Shown here: in pieces, positions 1 to 11,599 of the stretch | Layout of the letters: each line of letters starts with the position of its first letter | Position numbering within the stretch: the first letter of the stretch is position 1 | From: Neoechinorhynchus agilis | Taxonomy: Eukaryota > Animalia > Acanthocephala | DNA length: 64,000 nt | Direction of reading: 5' to 3' | Assembly: GCA_051530055.1 (NCBI GenBank) | Contig: CM121341.1 | Span: forward strand, 7,914,784-7,978,783 | Notes under the pieces: generated by a model | Seen by the model: the letters and a program-made list of their open reading frames with translations, nothing else | Database searches by the model: none | Told to the model about the DNA's origin: nothing | Translations under genes and position numbers: made by a program

Positions 1-760
1 TGACAGCACAGCACCTTGACGTAAAATTTGGAGAGATTAGGTGAAGGGATTTTTAAATATCGGATTCGTTTGAGGAGACAAATTTTAAAGGTGTTGAGCT
101 TGAGAGAGAATGATGCCCGAGTCCAATTTCAAGTTTGATTGAAATTGAAGATCCAGAATTCTGAGGGAGGTGATTCGTTGGATGTCATTTGGAAGATCGG
201 GGGATGATGTAGGGTTGCGGACGAGGAAGGATCATTTCGAAGCATTTAGAGAAATTGAGATGGAGTTTGTGATTGGTGCAGAAATCTTTCCTGTGTGTGA
301 TTTCTTGGTGGTGATTGGGTGATAGATTAGAGGGGTTTGAGGTTGTTTAGGAAAATATTAAAAGGAAGTGGTGACAGCACAGCACCTTGACGTAAAATTT
401 GGAGAGATTAGGTGAAGGGATTTTTAAATATCGGATTCGTTTGAGGAGACAAATTTTAAAGGTGTTGAGCTTGAGAGAGTGATGTCCGAGTCTAACTTCA
501 AGTTTGATTGAAATTGAAGATCCAGAATTCTGAGGGAGGTGATTTCGTTGGATGTCATTTGGAAGATCGGGGTAGGATATGAGATTGCGGGCGAGGAAGG
601 ATCATTTCGAAGCATTTAGAGAAATTGAGATGGAGTTTGTGATTGGTGCAGAAATCTTTCCTGTGTGTGATTTCTTGGTGGTGATTGGGTGATAGATTAG
701 AGGGGTTTGAGGTTGTTTAGGAAAATATTAAAAGGAAGTGGTGACAGCACAGCACCTTGA
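1..760. repeat. Tandem duplication (period about 371 bp) of the 3' part of the RT remnant
   Basis: tgacagcacagcaccttga starts at 1, 372 and about 742; copies 1 and 2 differ by small indels. Confidence 0.9.
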
Positions 761-1180
761 TGTACTCCTTTGGTTAGGAATAGGTTGATAAAGGAGGTAG
801 AACGGCAGTGAATGTGTTGTTTGCGATTGTGAAGATAAGACTCGAGCCAGGGGATCTGCAACAAGTTGAGACCAAAATCGGCGAAGGCCCGGAGAAGGAG
901 TGAATGGTCCACTGGGTCGAATGCTTTCGATAAATCAAGTTGAATGAGACGGGTGACGTGGGAGGGATTATTGTCGAAGTTTCGTATAAAATGCAAAGTA
1001 GGGCATCGGTTGCAGAAAATTTGTGTCGGAAGCCGAGAGAATTGAAAGAAGGCGAGATTTAAACCATTTTTCGATGATCTTTGAAAGAGCAAGTAGATTG
1101 GACGGAATGATTCGGCCTTGGAAGGGCATGAGACGTAGATGCCATATAAAAAACTGAGGTTTGCGGTAAATTCTAGATCG
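1..1180 (-). mobile_element. Degenerate non-LTR retrotransposon (CR1/L2/Jockey-type) reverse transcriptase remnant
   Basis: Minus-strand frames give LSKIIEK, LIQLDLSKAFDPVDHSLLL, WLESYLHNRKQ, KGVHQGAVLSPLPFNIFLNNL and DFCTNHKLHLNFSKC. Frameshifted, and no YADD motif seen. Confidence 0.8.
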
Positions 1181-1353
1181 GGATTTTGTAGAGAGCTTTG
1201 GGAAGATGTTTGGATATAAGGACACGAAAAATACATGGTTAACCCGTTCATTTGCGAAAAGTCGTAAAACAACACGAAAAATACTTGCACGATTCGTTCG
1301 TTTGACATCTTTTGGCAAAAGTTGCGAAGAAATCGGGGCATCCTCCGTGTGGG

Positions 1354-1433
1354 TGACAGCGGTGGGATTCGAACCCACGCCCTTTCGGACTGGTGCCTAA
1401 AACCAGCGCCTTAGACCACTCGGCCACGCTGCC
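1354..1433 (-). tRNA. tRNA-Leu (anticodon TAG)
   Basis: Reverse complement GGCAGCGTGGCCGAGTGGTCTAAGGCGCTGGTTTTAGGCACCAGTCCGAAAGGGCGTGGGTTCGAATCCCACCGCTGTCA: A and B boxes, CTGGT/ACCAG anticodon stem with TTTAGGC loop, long variable arm. Confidence 0.95.
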
Positions 1434-1867
1434 GGTGACATGAAAGTGGCGAAAATACATAAATCAGTTAAAAGCTTAATAAACCGAGATTAAATCATAC
1501 AGAACTTTGGAATGTATGCAAATTTGTGTAAATTTCACTAAAACTTAAAAGAGAAATTAAGTTGATAAATTGAGTATCGAAAAGATTTGAGTATATTTTT
1601 GATCGCCACAGAACAGGGATTCGAGAACGTGCAATGGATTCAGGTCGTAAATTTTTCGCTCGGGAAAGACTCCTTCCCCATGATAATTTCAAAGCCATTC
1701 CTGAATTATGTGATTAGTCTGGATTTTTCGACTTAAAAGAGAAGTTCACAATATCCACGGACTGCAGTAAAGTTTCATTTCGAAGTTTCCTTTAAATGAA
1801 GAAAAGACGACGTAAATATAAAAGAGTTGATCTAAACATTACTCCAGAAACAAACACAGAACAATGA

Positions 1868-3474
1868 TTATTTATGAAGCTTTAAAAAAGAAGGCTTATT
1901 TAACTTGATTTTCTTTTTTCGTTGAAGTTCAAAATCCGCAGGATCGCTCTTGAGCGACCTTTTTCTTGAAATTTGCCTTTCTGGAAGAGGATGCCTAGCT
2001 GGTTGTGCAAAGGTAATTAATCTGGCGATAAAATTTAAATTGATATCGAGCTCAACTCCTTTTGACTTCACGTATCTTTAAAGAATGAAAATTGCTAATG
2101 AGCTAAAAAGTATGAACCGACCTCAAAGCTTGCTCAAAGCCCATATTGAAATTCGATATCATGTACATGATCGCAACTGTCGGTGATCTTGATTTTCCTG
2201 CCGTACAATGGATCAATACATTCTTTTTGAGACATCTTGAATGATCTTAAAGAACGCGGCGGAAATTTGAAGTAAATCAATTGTTTTGCCGAGGATAAAC
2301 TGCTTAAATTTTTCACCATATAAAAAATAAACAACAAAAATCTTCAAAAAAACACGAAGTGCAAGAAATCACTTATAGCCAACAGTCAACTCACAGGATA
2401 ATCGGATTTGCTGATAAATTAGGACCCCGGTGCATATCGTTGAAGATTGGGAAGCGATCGTTTTAATATTGATAAACGAGTGATCCGATTAACCCGTTGA
2501 CTGTATATTCTGTAAAATAAATTCGTAGAAAAAAGCTCTTGATGTTTTTGTTCAAAAAACTCTTTTTTTGCAAAAAGTTCTTCAATTAATCTCGAACAAA
2601 TATTCATAAGAAAAAATCACTTATAGCCAACAGTCAACTCACAGGATAATCGGATTTGCTGATAATTTAGGACGCGGTGCATATCGTTGAAGATTGGGAA
2701 GCGATCGTTTTAATATTGATAAACGAGTGATCCGATTAACCCGTTGACTGTATATTCTTTAAAATAAATTCGTAGAAGAACGCTATTAATGTTTTTGTTC
2801 AAAAACCCTTTCGACCAAATATAATTAGGAAAAAATAATCGTTTTTAATACACAAACAAATTTGTCACTCAGTTTCTTATTAGAACCAAATTGTAAAGAA
2901 TGGAGACAAATGTATTTACATCCCGACGTAAGCCGATTAAGCCCAGCATCGACTGTATTATAAAAATCTCTAACATATTTTGTTTGATGATTGGTAAGAT
3001 AGAGATTAATTTTATAAAAAAATCGGAATTGATCTCTATTTTCGTAATCATTAAACAAAATATATTCATCCAGTATTTTTTCAATTCAAAATAAAGTTTC
3101 AAGACGCCTTTAAACGACGCTCATATTTAAAATTTCGTTTAATAACTAAAAAACCCCGTTTCTATTAATACCAATAATTCGTTCCATTTCCCGATACTGG
3201 AGAAATATCCCATTTTCCTGCAAATCATCACTAAATCTATACATATGATAATTAATTCTTGTGTTTTGTCCATCGCTGTAGGACCATTGAACTCGAACCA
3301 ATGGATCGGAGGACAAATCCAACACTGTTTTGACATTCATAACCTGTAAAATTGTTCATGGAAGCTGCTTTTAAAAAAACATTTTACTTGAATGATATGC
3401 CGAAACTCTGACTTTAATCGGGGCGCTCTCCATAAGAGTAAATATGGAACAATTTCAAACGGAGAATCTTTCAT
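1868..3474 (-). CDS. Dual-specificity protein phosphatase (atypical DUSP), 4 exons
   Basis: Exons 3474-3388, 3343-3172, 2245-2122 and 2075-1868 join in phase through GT-AG introns of 44, 926 and 46 nt. Product has PFEIVPYLLL, NVKTVLDLS, VLIHCTAGKSRSPTVAIMYM (CX5R motif) and YVKSKGVELDINLNF. Confidence 0.85.
2367..2810. repeat. Two-copy tandem duplication (period about 247 bp) inside the DUSP intron
   Basis: aaatcacttatagccaacagtcaactcacagg... at about 2367 and 2614. Confidence 0.9.
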
Positions 3475-3789
3475 ACTTTCCGTTTAAATTTAAGAAACCA
3501 AAACGAGGACGACGCGTGAAATTCTACTTTTGTTACAAGACACGTTTTAAACGGTCTAGCCAACTACAAAAAAGAGTTAAAGCTTAAAAAAATTTCATAC
3601 GTATTAAAAAAAGATTTTACACAAAGTCGACAACAACAATGAGGAAACAATAACGAATTCTCTCGAGAATAATTTAAGGATTTAGGAATTCAAGTTTTGT
3701 TTTAATGAATACTTGATCTGTTGTAATGATAAAAAGAAAATCTTTATTAAGCTTCCTGAGAGATTTTCGACTTGAAAATAATTTAATTA

Positions 3790-4107
3790 TTTGATAATTT
3801 AAAATGTGAACGGATTCGGATCTATATTTTTTCAGGCTAAGGACAATAGAGAATGTTGTCCGACTTGTTGAAATTTTAACGACCAAAATATAAATTGTGC
3901 TTTATTGTTCGATATCATCGTAAATTATTAGTTTAAAGACTTGAACATAATTTAATTGTTTGATAATTTAAAATGTGAACGGATTCGGATCTATATTTTT
4001 TCAGGCTAAGGACAATAGAGAATGTTGTCCGACTTGTTGAAATTTTAACGACCAAAATATCAATTGTGCTTCATTGTTCGATATCATCGTAAATTATTAG
4101 TTTAAAG
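3790..4107. repeat. Two-copy tandem duplication (period about 168 bp)
   Basis: ttgataatttaaaatgtgaacggattcggatc...tttaaaga occurs twice. Confidence 0.9.
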
Positions 4108-4215
4108 AAAAACATCAATACTGCCGGCGTAAACAATGAAATGCGCAATAAAAATCGATACTCTGATTTTCTTAGTTTTGCCACCCTGGATTTCAATTCA
4201 CTAATTCATTGCCAC

Positions 4216-4311
4216 GATATTTCACTTGTCGGACAATTCCGACATTTCCCGAAAAATAACACAATGGCAAAATTTGGGAAAATGTCGGAATTATCCGACA
4301 AGTGAAATATC
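4216..4311. mobile_element. Short foldback element, family A (related copy at 17888-17975)
   Basis: gatatttcacttgtcggacaattccgacattt / aaatgtcggaattatccgacaagtgaaatatc inverted arms. Confidence 0.7.
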
Positions 4312-4417
4312 GGGGAAATAGAGAACCGAAGATAATCTAAAAAAATCGATACGGAAGAAACGGAAATTTGTAGGACTGATTTTCGAAAGAGTAAGTTTTT
4401 TGTAGAAATTATTATAG

Positions 4418-4613
4418 TTTCAATTAGCGATGTTTGTTTCAGAAAATAGATTTATCCTGAAAATTTTCGGCCTTTTCGTTTACCTTCTTCAGTCAATTGT
4501 TTCCGAAGAAAGATTAAATTTTTCTTCGGAAACAATTGACTGAAGAAGGCCAACGAAAAAGCCGAAAATATTCAGGATAAATCTATTTTCTTAAACAAAC
4601 ATCGCTAATTGAA
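4418..4613. mobile_element. Foldback element (about 92-bp arms) with a hammerhead-like core in each arm
   Basis: Near-perfect inverted repeat around a loop of about 12 nt. Right arm has CTGAAGA-A-GGC..GCC-GAAA at 4540-4567. Confidence 0.75.
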
Positions 4614-4727
4614 AAAATAAAGTTTTTTGTTATTTTCCATTAGGTTACTCGGGACATAATCATTAAACCGAAATCCGACGAATAAAATTAATCTGCATTT
4701 TCTAGTTAAAGTTAAAAATCCATTAGT

Positions 4728-4890
4728 ATGTGGCGGTGAGGAAAAATTATATATCAAAGACCGACTTTAATTGAAATATTTTGTTCAATAACTTATAGGC
4801 AATAATTGACTGAAAAATCAGCAGTGTGATTGGACGAAATATTTCAATTAAAGTCAGTCTTTGATATATAAATTTTCCTCACCGCCACAT
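4728..4890. mobile_element. Foldback element (about 54-bp arms) with a degenerate hammerhead-like core
   Basis: atgtggcggtgaggaaaatt...gaaatattt / aaatatttc...cctcaccgccacat; TAATTGA-CTGAAAA...GAAATATT-TCAATTA at 4803-4850. Confidence 0.7.
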
Positions 4891-5279
4891 CTCCATTTTC
4901 TTGATCACCAAACAAAATATATCGATAAAATCGGCCCGAGGTTACGTCTCGAAATATGTCAATGAAATATTTTCGACTCTTTCTTAATTGATTTTTTCGT
5001 CTTTAATGTTTGACATTACTAGTAAGAATTTGTTTGCTTAAAGTCTCCTTATTTGTTTATGGCGGAAAAATGAAGGAGAGTGCTTTAACGAAATTTCAAT
5101 TTTTTGCCATAAAAAAGGACATGAACCATTCAAAGTTGTCCGTTAATCAACGAGAAAACATCGGAGTTTGTGTTTATTCGCGCAAAACTCAACAACTAAG
5201 ACGAATAATTCGCCATTTTTCATGGAGCCGAAGGAACCATCAATGCCCCTAAAAACAAAAACTCTTAAATCGTTCACTT

Positions 5280-5480
5280 TTCACATGAGCAAAACAATCG
5301 TAATCCCAATTCATCCTCCCCTCATAAAGGAAAAAAGACCCAACCTCACAAAAATAACCCTCGACCGGACTCCAAATCCACTCCATAATCAGCACTCATT
5401 TAACCTATTAGAAATCGATTGTTTTTGTGAGGACCCAAACGAGGACCTATTCCTTTTTAAATTAACAAATTATTAAACTT
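5280..5480 (+). mobile_element. Probable LINE 3'-end remnant (homologous to 12385-12700)
   Basis: Shares catgagca.aacaatcgtaatcc.aatt and aatccactccataatca with 12385-12610. Confidence 0.45.
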
Positions 5481-5523
5481 AGTCTTCTATCGACTTTTTA
5501 GACTCTAAAGATTTGGGATTGAG

Positions 5524-6641
5524 ATGCCATTGTCAAAACTTGATTATCTAAAGAGTCGTTATATGAACGACGAAGAAGGCAATAGTCGGTCTCGTAGTTC
5601 TAAGAAGAAGACGAAGAGGCGGCGGACATTAGAAAAAGGCTCATTAAAAATTGCTGTATCGGGTGAAACATTGCCGAACGTAAATGTCGATCAGACAATT
5701 TCCGATATGCAACTGTTATCCGTCGGAACAGATTATTTTAAAGAATTTGTTTCAACGATTTAGACACTCAAGGGATTTTGAATAACGATGAAGACGATAT
5801 TGGCGTTGTGATTGAAACTGACCGTCTCACAGCTTCCGAGCGTAGTTTTATAAGAATGGGAGAGAAATCTAAAGAGCACGAAACTCCCAGACGAGGTCAT
5901 GTGACCGATTTGCCAATATCTGCCGGAAAAACGATTCCATTGTCGCGTCTTCAAGATTATTTGACCAAAGTTTCATCATCAAAAGTAGAGTATGTGTACG
6001 GGGCAGACACCGTAGCTCAAAGTATAAGAAGTTCTGCGATCGCTTCAGCTGCGATGACTCCACGAGTAAACCTAGAATCAGCTCCATGGGGCACTCCTGC
6101 AGTAGAGGAGCAACGACGAAACGATACTCCTCCTCCGATTAGTGACATTGAAAGTGAAGATAGTGACTTGTCCGTTGAAAGGAGACCTCAACGTTTACCT
6201 CGACGTAATTGTCGTCGATCCCGGAAAGTGGAAGTAGAAGAAGATGAAGACGAAGAGATTCGCCGAAGATACGAAATTTGGTCTAAAGGAATTGTTCAGG
6301 TTCGTGAAGAGGAGCAAAAGAAACGAGATGTTGAACGGTCAGCCGATCAACCTCTTGCCCGTCTTCCTGATGATCAAGAGCTGGATTCTTATCTCAAGGG
6401 ACAAATACGAGCAGGCGATCCCATGATGAAGTTCATTGCTCAAGAGTCTTCTTGTGTGAAACCAAAGACGATCACGCGGTGTCCTCATCCCGCACCTCCT
6501 AATCGATACGGGATTATGCCCGGTTATCGTTGGGACGGCGTCGATAGATCAAATGGATTTGAAACAAAGTATTTTGCGGAGAAGGCGAAAAAGGCTGCTA
6601 TTGCTGAACATGCCTATAAATGGCGAGTTGAAGACATGTGA
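5524..6641 (+). CDS. BUD13: BUD13 homolog (RES splicing complex), at least one intron
   Basis: N-terminal LSKLDYLKSRY; C-terminal RAGDPMMKFI..PPNRYGIMPGYRWDGVDRSNGFE..AYKW..EDM. The two ORFs can be joined by an inferred intron (about 5663-5763; donor uncertain). Confidence 0.92.
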
Positions 6642-6674
6642 GGAAACGTCCAATTAAAGCCTTCTTTATTCTTC

Positions 6675-7196
6675 CTAAAAATACCCGACTAGGACGTGGA
6701 AAAAGTGATAGACCTGGCTAGATTTATCGAATGCGGCCACATTGGTTTTGCATATTGTGCATTTTACCAAGAGGGCCTTTTCATTGGAGTCTTTAGTCAG
6801 CGACTCAAGCCGGGCTCCGTCTGCATTCCGTTTCGTTGCCGTCTCTTCCGCAATCACTGGAGCGTATTGGTCTTGGGTGATGTCGCAATTGTAAGTGAAC
6901 ATTGCACGATATTGGTTAGGGTAGAATTCATGTCGCTGACAGTCTACGCACAAGCGAGTCATACAGCAAGGACAACTGAGGATCGCATCCGATCGAAGTC
7001 TTCGATTAGGCCTCCTTTGATTTTGCCATGCAATGTCTTCGTCGTCTGCGTTCGAGTCGTAGAACGCTGGTTCCTCTGGTTGAACGGCATCATTTTGACT
7101 ATCGACCATCGTTAAATTCTTGAACTGCTCGTCAATGTCCTTTTCAAACCTATCAACCATCTTCGCAATAGCTATAATCTGAAAAAGCACAATCAT
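6675..7196 (-). CDS. EAPP: E2F-associated phosphoprotein (EAPP) family
   Basis: FYDSNADDEDIAW, SDAILSCPCCMTRLCVDCQRHEFYPNQYRAMF, VKCTICKTNVAAFD..VYHFFHVL. True start may be the Met near 7160. Confidence 0.9.
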   Translation of the reverse strand: MIVLFQIIAIAKMVDRFEKDIDEQFKNLTMVDSQNDAVQPEEPAFYDSNADDEDIAWQNQRRPNRRLRSDAILSCPCCMTRLCVDCQRHEFYPNQYRAMFTYNCDITQDQYAPVIAEETATKRNADGARLESLTKDSNEKALLVKCTICKTNVAAFDKSSQVYHFFHVLVGYF

Positions 7197-7504
7197 TTTT
7201 GCCTTATCCAGTTTGTTTCAACAAAATTAAATTGTATAATATTTAAATAACTCCAGTTACTTTTAATAACATGGAAAAATAATAAATATCAGAGTTGTGG
7301 CGATCATAATCCTAAGCCCTCTTCCCAGCGATAAAACACTTATTCACGATATTTCGCGAGGAAGCCGCCACATCTCAAACTCTATCAATCCGATGGATTT
7401 TCTATTTGCGATACAGGAATTGGAGTTGTGGCGATCATAATCCTAAGCCCGCTTCCCAGCGATAAAACACTTATTCAAGATAATCATCTACAAGCAACCT
7501 GTGC

Positions 7505-7860
7505 CGAATCGATGGTCGTCGTCCGGATGGCTCCCGTGGCGAAAAGGCAAATGTCTTCTCCTGGACGTGTGGTGCAGTCCCCAGGGGAAGCGGCTGCTGC
7601 GGCGGAGGACCGAAAGGTGGCCAAATCTAAGGAATTAAGTAGGTTTCACGTTTTTGTACCCTTTGAAGTGGAGACCCTTGGTGCGCTCGGTAGCGCGGCA
7701 CTTAGATTTACGAAGGAGTTATCGAGTAGACTCGAGGCCAAGACATGAAATACAAGAGCTGGTGCCTTCCTACGCCAAAACATTGGTCTCGCGATCCAAA
7801 GAGGAAACGCAGCGAGTGTGGTCGCGATCACTGAGGGAAGCTCTTCTTCGTGGACGGTAG
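7505..7860 (+). mobile_element. CRE-like non-LTR retrotransposon 3' fragment (restriction-like endonuclease domain), degenerate
   Basis: DGRRPDG / PWRKGKCLLLDV / AAAAEDRKVAK..FVPFEVETLGALG / RAGAFLRQNIGLAIQRGNAASV, with a frameshift and a stop. Confidence 0.8.
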
Positions 7861-7939
7861 TGATTGTTTAAACGTTTTTTGTTGTGTTTGTAAGTGAAAG
7901 AGTTGCTTTCAAAAAAAAATATTAAAAAAATCATCAACA

Positions 7940-8140
7940 CATAAAATCCTTCGTGTAAATTAAAGTTTATAATTTTGGTGAAAATAATCCCGGTCATGAC
8001 ATATTTGATTTATTTGAAATATTTCGAAGGAGGTAACCTCGCCTCCTCAGTCACTGCTTGTAAGTGTTTACGACTGCGCCGCTAAATATTTCAAATAAAT
8101 CAAATATGTTATGACCGGGATTATTTTCACGAAAAGTATA
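7940..8140. mobile_element. Foldback element, family C (related copy at 43505-43692), hammerhead-like core on minus strand
   Basis: aaaataatcccggtcatgacatatttgatttatttgaaatattt inverted at 8085-8130; minus-strand TGA-CTGAGGA-stem-GAAATATT-TCA at 8053-8015. Confidence 0.7.
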
Positions 8141-8361
8141 ATATCCAAGATATTTCGCGAGGAAGCCGCCACATCTCAAACTCTACCAACCCGAACGATT
8201 TTTCCTCGATGAACAATTATTTCCATACAGAATTTAGCTTTGCATTAAGAAAATAAAGCGTGCTTGTGGCGATTCATCTAATCTACCGATGGATGCACTA
8301 TTTCATTTTAAGGAGCACTATTAAAAATTAATATGGATGTACGAGCACACCAAGAAACATT

Positions 8362-8895
8362 TTACATAATCGCATAATGTGTCCTCCTTGGCTCATTTAA
8401 CTTTGTTAGAAACAGATTCGGCATGGAATCCTTTTCCATCATCTCACAACCGAACTTTCGATTTCGAATGACATAGCGTGGTATCGATTTCCGAATCTCG
8501 GCTGCTTTTACTTTAAATTGGTTAATTATAAGGCGATAAGAGAAAGGTTGGAGAATTTGATAAAATTGAACATTGACTTGGTTTATACGTTCGATGAAAG
8601 GAGGATCGTTGGAGATTGAATAGACGATATGGTCAAAACATCCTTGTTTGTATCCATAAGTTTGTTGGATGTAAACGAAATGCCGTTTGCATATTTTGAG
8701 ATGAAATCCCTGAGTTACGTTGATGGGAGCACTGCATGGATCAACGGATGGCATCGTGGTATTCCATGTTAAAAGAAAATCCATTATTCCAAAGCATTTT
8801 CGAATCCGGTGATCGTGCACGACATCCGATGCAATCATTAGCGCCGCAATTAATAAAATCGAAACACAAAGTCCAGAACTAGTTAAGCTATTCAT
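8362..8895 (-). CDS. Hypothetical secreted protein (about 177 aa), no family recognised
   Basis: Long single ORF; Met at 8895 followed by a hydrophobic signal-like stretch LCVSILLIAALMIAS; several Cys. Confidence 0.5.
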   Translation of the reverse strand: MNSLTSSGLCVSILLIAALMIASDVVHDHRIRKCFGIMDFLLTWNTTMPSVDPCSAPINVTQGFHLKICKRHFVYIQQTYGYKQGCFDHIVYSISNDPPFIERINQVNVQFYQILQPFSYRLIINQFKVKAAEIRKSIPRYVIRNRKFGCEMMEKDSMPNLFLTKLNEPRRTHYAIM

Positions 8896-9764
8896 TTGAA
8901 AAATGTTTTTGTTAATTGAGTAAAAAATAGAGACGAGTATGTGTTCGAGCACAAAAACCCTTCCCAAAACAATTGATAAAAAACACGCCAACAAACTGAT
9001 CAAATAATTTAAAGGTGAGGTTTTGTCAGAGACGATCATTTAGTTTAATAATTTATCATATCGTCGTGCTGCAATTCTTAAATAGATAAGAAAAAATTTT
9101 TGTGGACTAAGATGGTGTCCAGAAATAGTATCTTCAAATTTTTTACTTTAATTTCAAGAATGAAACTCAAATTGCTACTATCAGGTAGCTGACAAAAAAA
9201 TTATCAATGCCCAACATTTCATAAATGAATGTACAAGATCTAGAATAAATCCAAATCTTATATAGAAATTTGTACCATAAGCGCATTATCGGGCTTTGAA
9301 TTTTAGTCGATTGCCATTTCGATCATTTATATAAAAGATGTCCTTAAAGCTCAATGGTGACTCTTTTATATACACTAAAGTGAAATTAAGTTGTAAAAGT
9401 CACAGAAAATCCGAATACCGCGTCATGTTAAAAAATAATACCTTGAAATGGATAAAACCAATGTCCGTTTGGATCAAAGATCGTTCAATCCACGTGACAC
9501 CACAAATCTTCACGTCCTAAGGGAATGGGTTTAACTTCTATGAGACCGACCCTGGACGGTCCCGTCTTTGGGAGGATGTTATACAACTTGTGGTGCTCCC
9601 AAACCGCACTTCAGCCTTTGTGATGAAATTATGCCCGTTCGCGGTACTTTTCGTGATCGAAGATCGTTCAATCGACGTGGCACCACAATGGGAGACGATT
9701 AAGGATCCAGAGTTCGTTGATTCCATGGAGTGCATTTCATCGGAAGTTTATAATTGTTCAACAA

Positions 9765-9851
9765 GTTTCAATTTCACCTAGCGATATTCACTCAGAAAAT
9801 TGATTTATATTGAAAATTTTCTGAGTGAATATCGCTAGGTGAAATTGAAAC
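9765..9851. repeat. Perfect 37-bp inverted repeat (hairpin)
   Basis: gtttcaatttcacctagcgatattcactcagaaaatt at 9765-9801 and its reverse complement at 9815-9851. Confidence 0.9.
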
Positions 9852-10471
9852 AATAATGATTAATTTCTTTACAATGTTCAACAAGTATAAATGTTATCTT
9901 TTACAAGAAGCTGCTGATTGTGTTCATTGGGCGAAAACATATTTGGGACGAATCGCCGACTTTCGGTTGTAGATGTGGTTGGGAATGTCTCTAATATTTA
10001 TCCTTAGCCGTCTCCGCCACACTCCATGTCGCTTTGCTTACCGTTCCTTTATGTTGTTCGGATCGTACATCCAATAGGAAATATTCTACACCCTGTGATG
10101 TTCACAGCTCGGAGATTTGGTCCTTTTGGACTTCTACCTTTGAGATATTATTGAGGTCTTATGAAATGATTCGTGGTGATGATCACCTTCTATTGATCGA
10201 TTTATCTCTAACTGATAAGCTCAGAATAAGTCTCGAATTTCCAAGGATTTTGTCTTCTCACATTCTTGCAATCTTTTTCTCAATTGCTGTCGGTTATGCA
10301 TTATTCACGTGTTATCATTTGCCTGAAAGCAAAATGTGTGGATCTTCTCAAGACGGAACTCGTACAGTCGATGATCAAGATTATTCATCAAAGTGGAGAT
10401 TCCATTAAAGACACGAAAGATATCTTCCATTAGAATACTTATTTTCTGTATCTTTTTTTATATTGTTCTCA

Positions 10472-11456
10472 ATGCCATTTACGGTTAATTTTGGGCAGAA
10501 TAATGAAAAGGATCAGTTTGTGGTTAATTTACAGGAATGGAAGGATAAGCCATGTACTAAAGAAGACAATCCGAGTGGATTCGTATGTGAGAGTTCGTTC
10601 GCTGTCTTATTTCCGAAATATAGGGAAAAGTACATAAAGCAAGTCTGGGCGGCGATTATCGAAGCTTTAAGCCAACATGGAATAAAGGGCGAGCTCGATT
10701 TGGTTGAAGGTACAATGACAGTCTTCACTTCTAAAAGAGCATACGATCCATACTCGATTATGAACGCTCGTGATCTTATAAAACTTGTGAGCCGTGGAGT
10801 TCCGTATGAACAAGCGATCAGGGTCCTCGAAGATGATTTCAGTTGCGATCTTATTAAAATAAGTACGTTTTGTCGTAAGAAAGATAAGTTTGTTAAAAGG
10901 AGAGATAGGTTGGTTGGGAAAGATGGAAGGACTTTGAAAGCACTCGAACTTATTACGAATTGTTATGTTCTCGTCCAGGGACGAACGGTTGCTGCCATTG
11001 GACCTTATAAAGGATTAAGGCAGGTTCGGTCCGTTGTTGAAGATTGTATGAAAAATATCCATCCTGCGTTTTCTATTAAGGTATTTTGCTACATTGGTTC
11101 ATCATAGAAACTTAATCATGGAAGCGTTTTAGACTTTAATGATTAAAAAGGAATTAGAGAACGATCCTAAGCTAAAAAACGAGAACTGGGAACGCTTTTT
11201 GCCAAAACTGAAAAGGAATCCGTTGAAAAAGGAAAAAAAGAAGAAGAAAAACATCAAAAAGAAGGACGGACCTAGATTTCCACCGGAACCAACACCAAGC
11301 AAAGTGGACATTGAACTTGAAACCGGGGTTTATTTCATGAATGAGCGAGAACGAAGGAAACAGAAATGGGCGAAAAAGCAAGAGAAACAAAGTGAAGTGA
11401 TTTCAAAGAAGAAACAGGAACGTGCAAAGGCTTTTATACCACCAAAAGAGAAGTAA
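10472..11456 (+). CDS. KRR1: KRR1 small-subunit processome component, 2 exons
   Basis: [49 protein letters not shown]; 52-nt intron 11081-11132 joins SIK to [14 protein letters not shown]. Confidence 0.96.
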
Positions 11457-11599
11457 ATTGGTGGTTGAATATTGGTTGGGTGTCAATGGAATGAATAAAA
11501 CTCCGCATAAACTGTTGATTGAACCATTATAAAACCTTGTAAGTAGCCATTGAGGTCGTTTCGATATAGCGGACTGCATTGGAGTATTTGAATCGCAAA

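Noticed and set aside
1180-1433. tRNA-targeted insertion of the RT remnant
   Set aside because: A single degenerate example about 170 bp away; proximity alone is not evidence.
5760-5780. Stop-codon reassignment suggested by in-frame stops in BUD13 and elsewhere
   Set aside because: Introns explain the breaks, and TAA and TGA end conserved genes normally (KRR1 TAA, BUD13 TGA).
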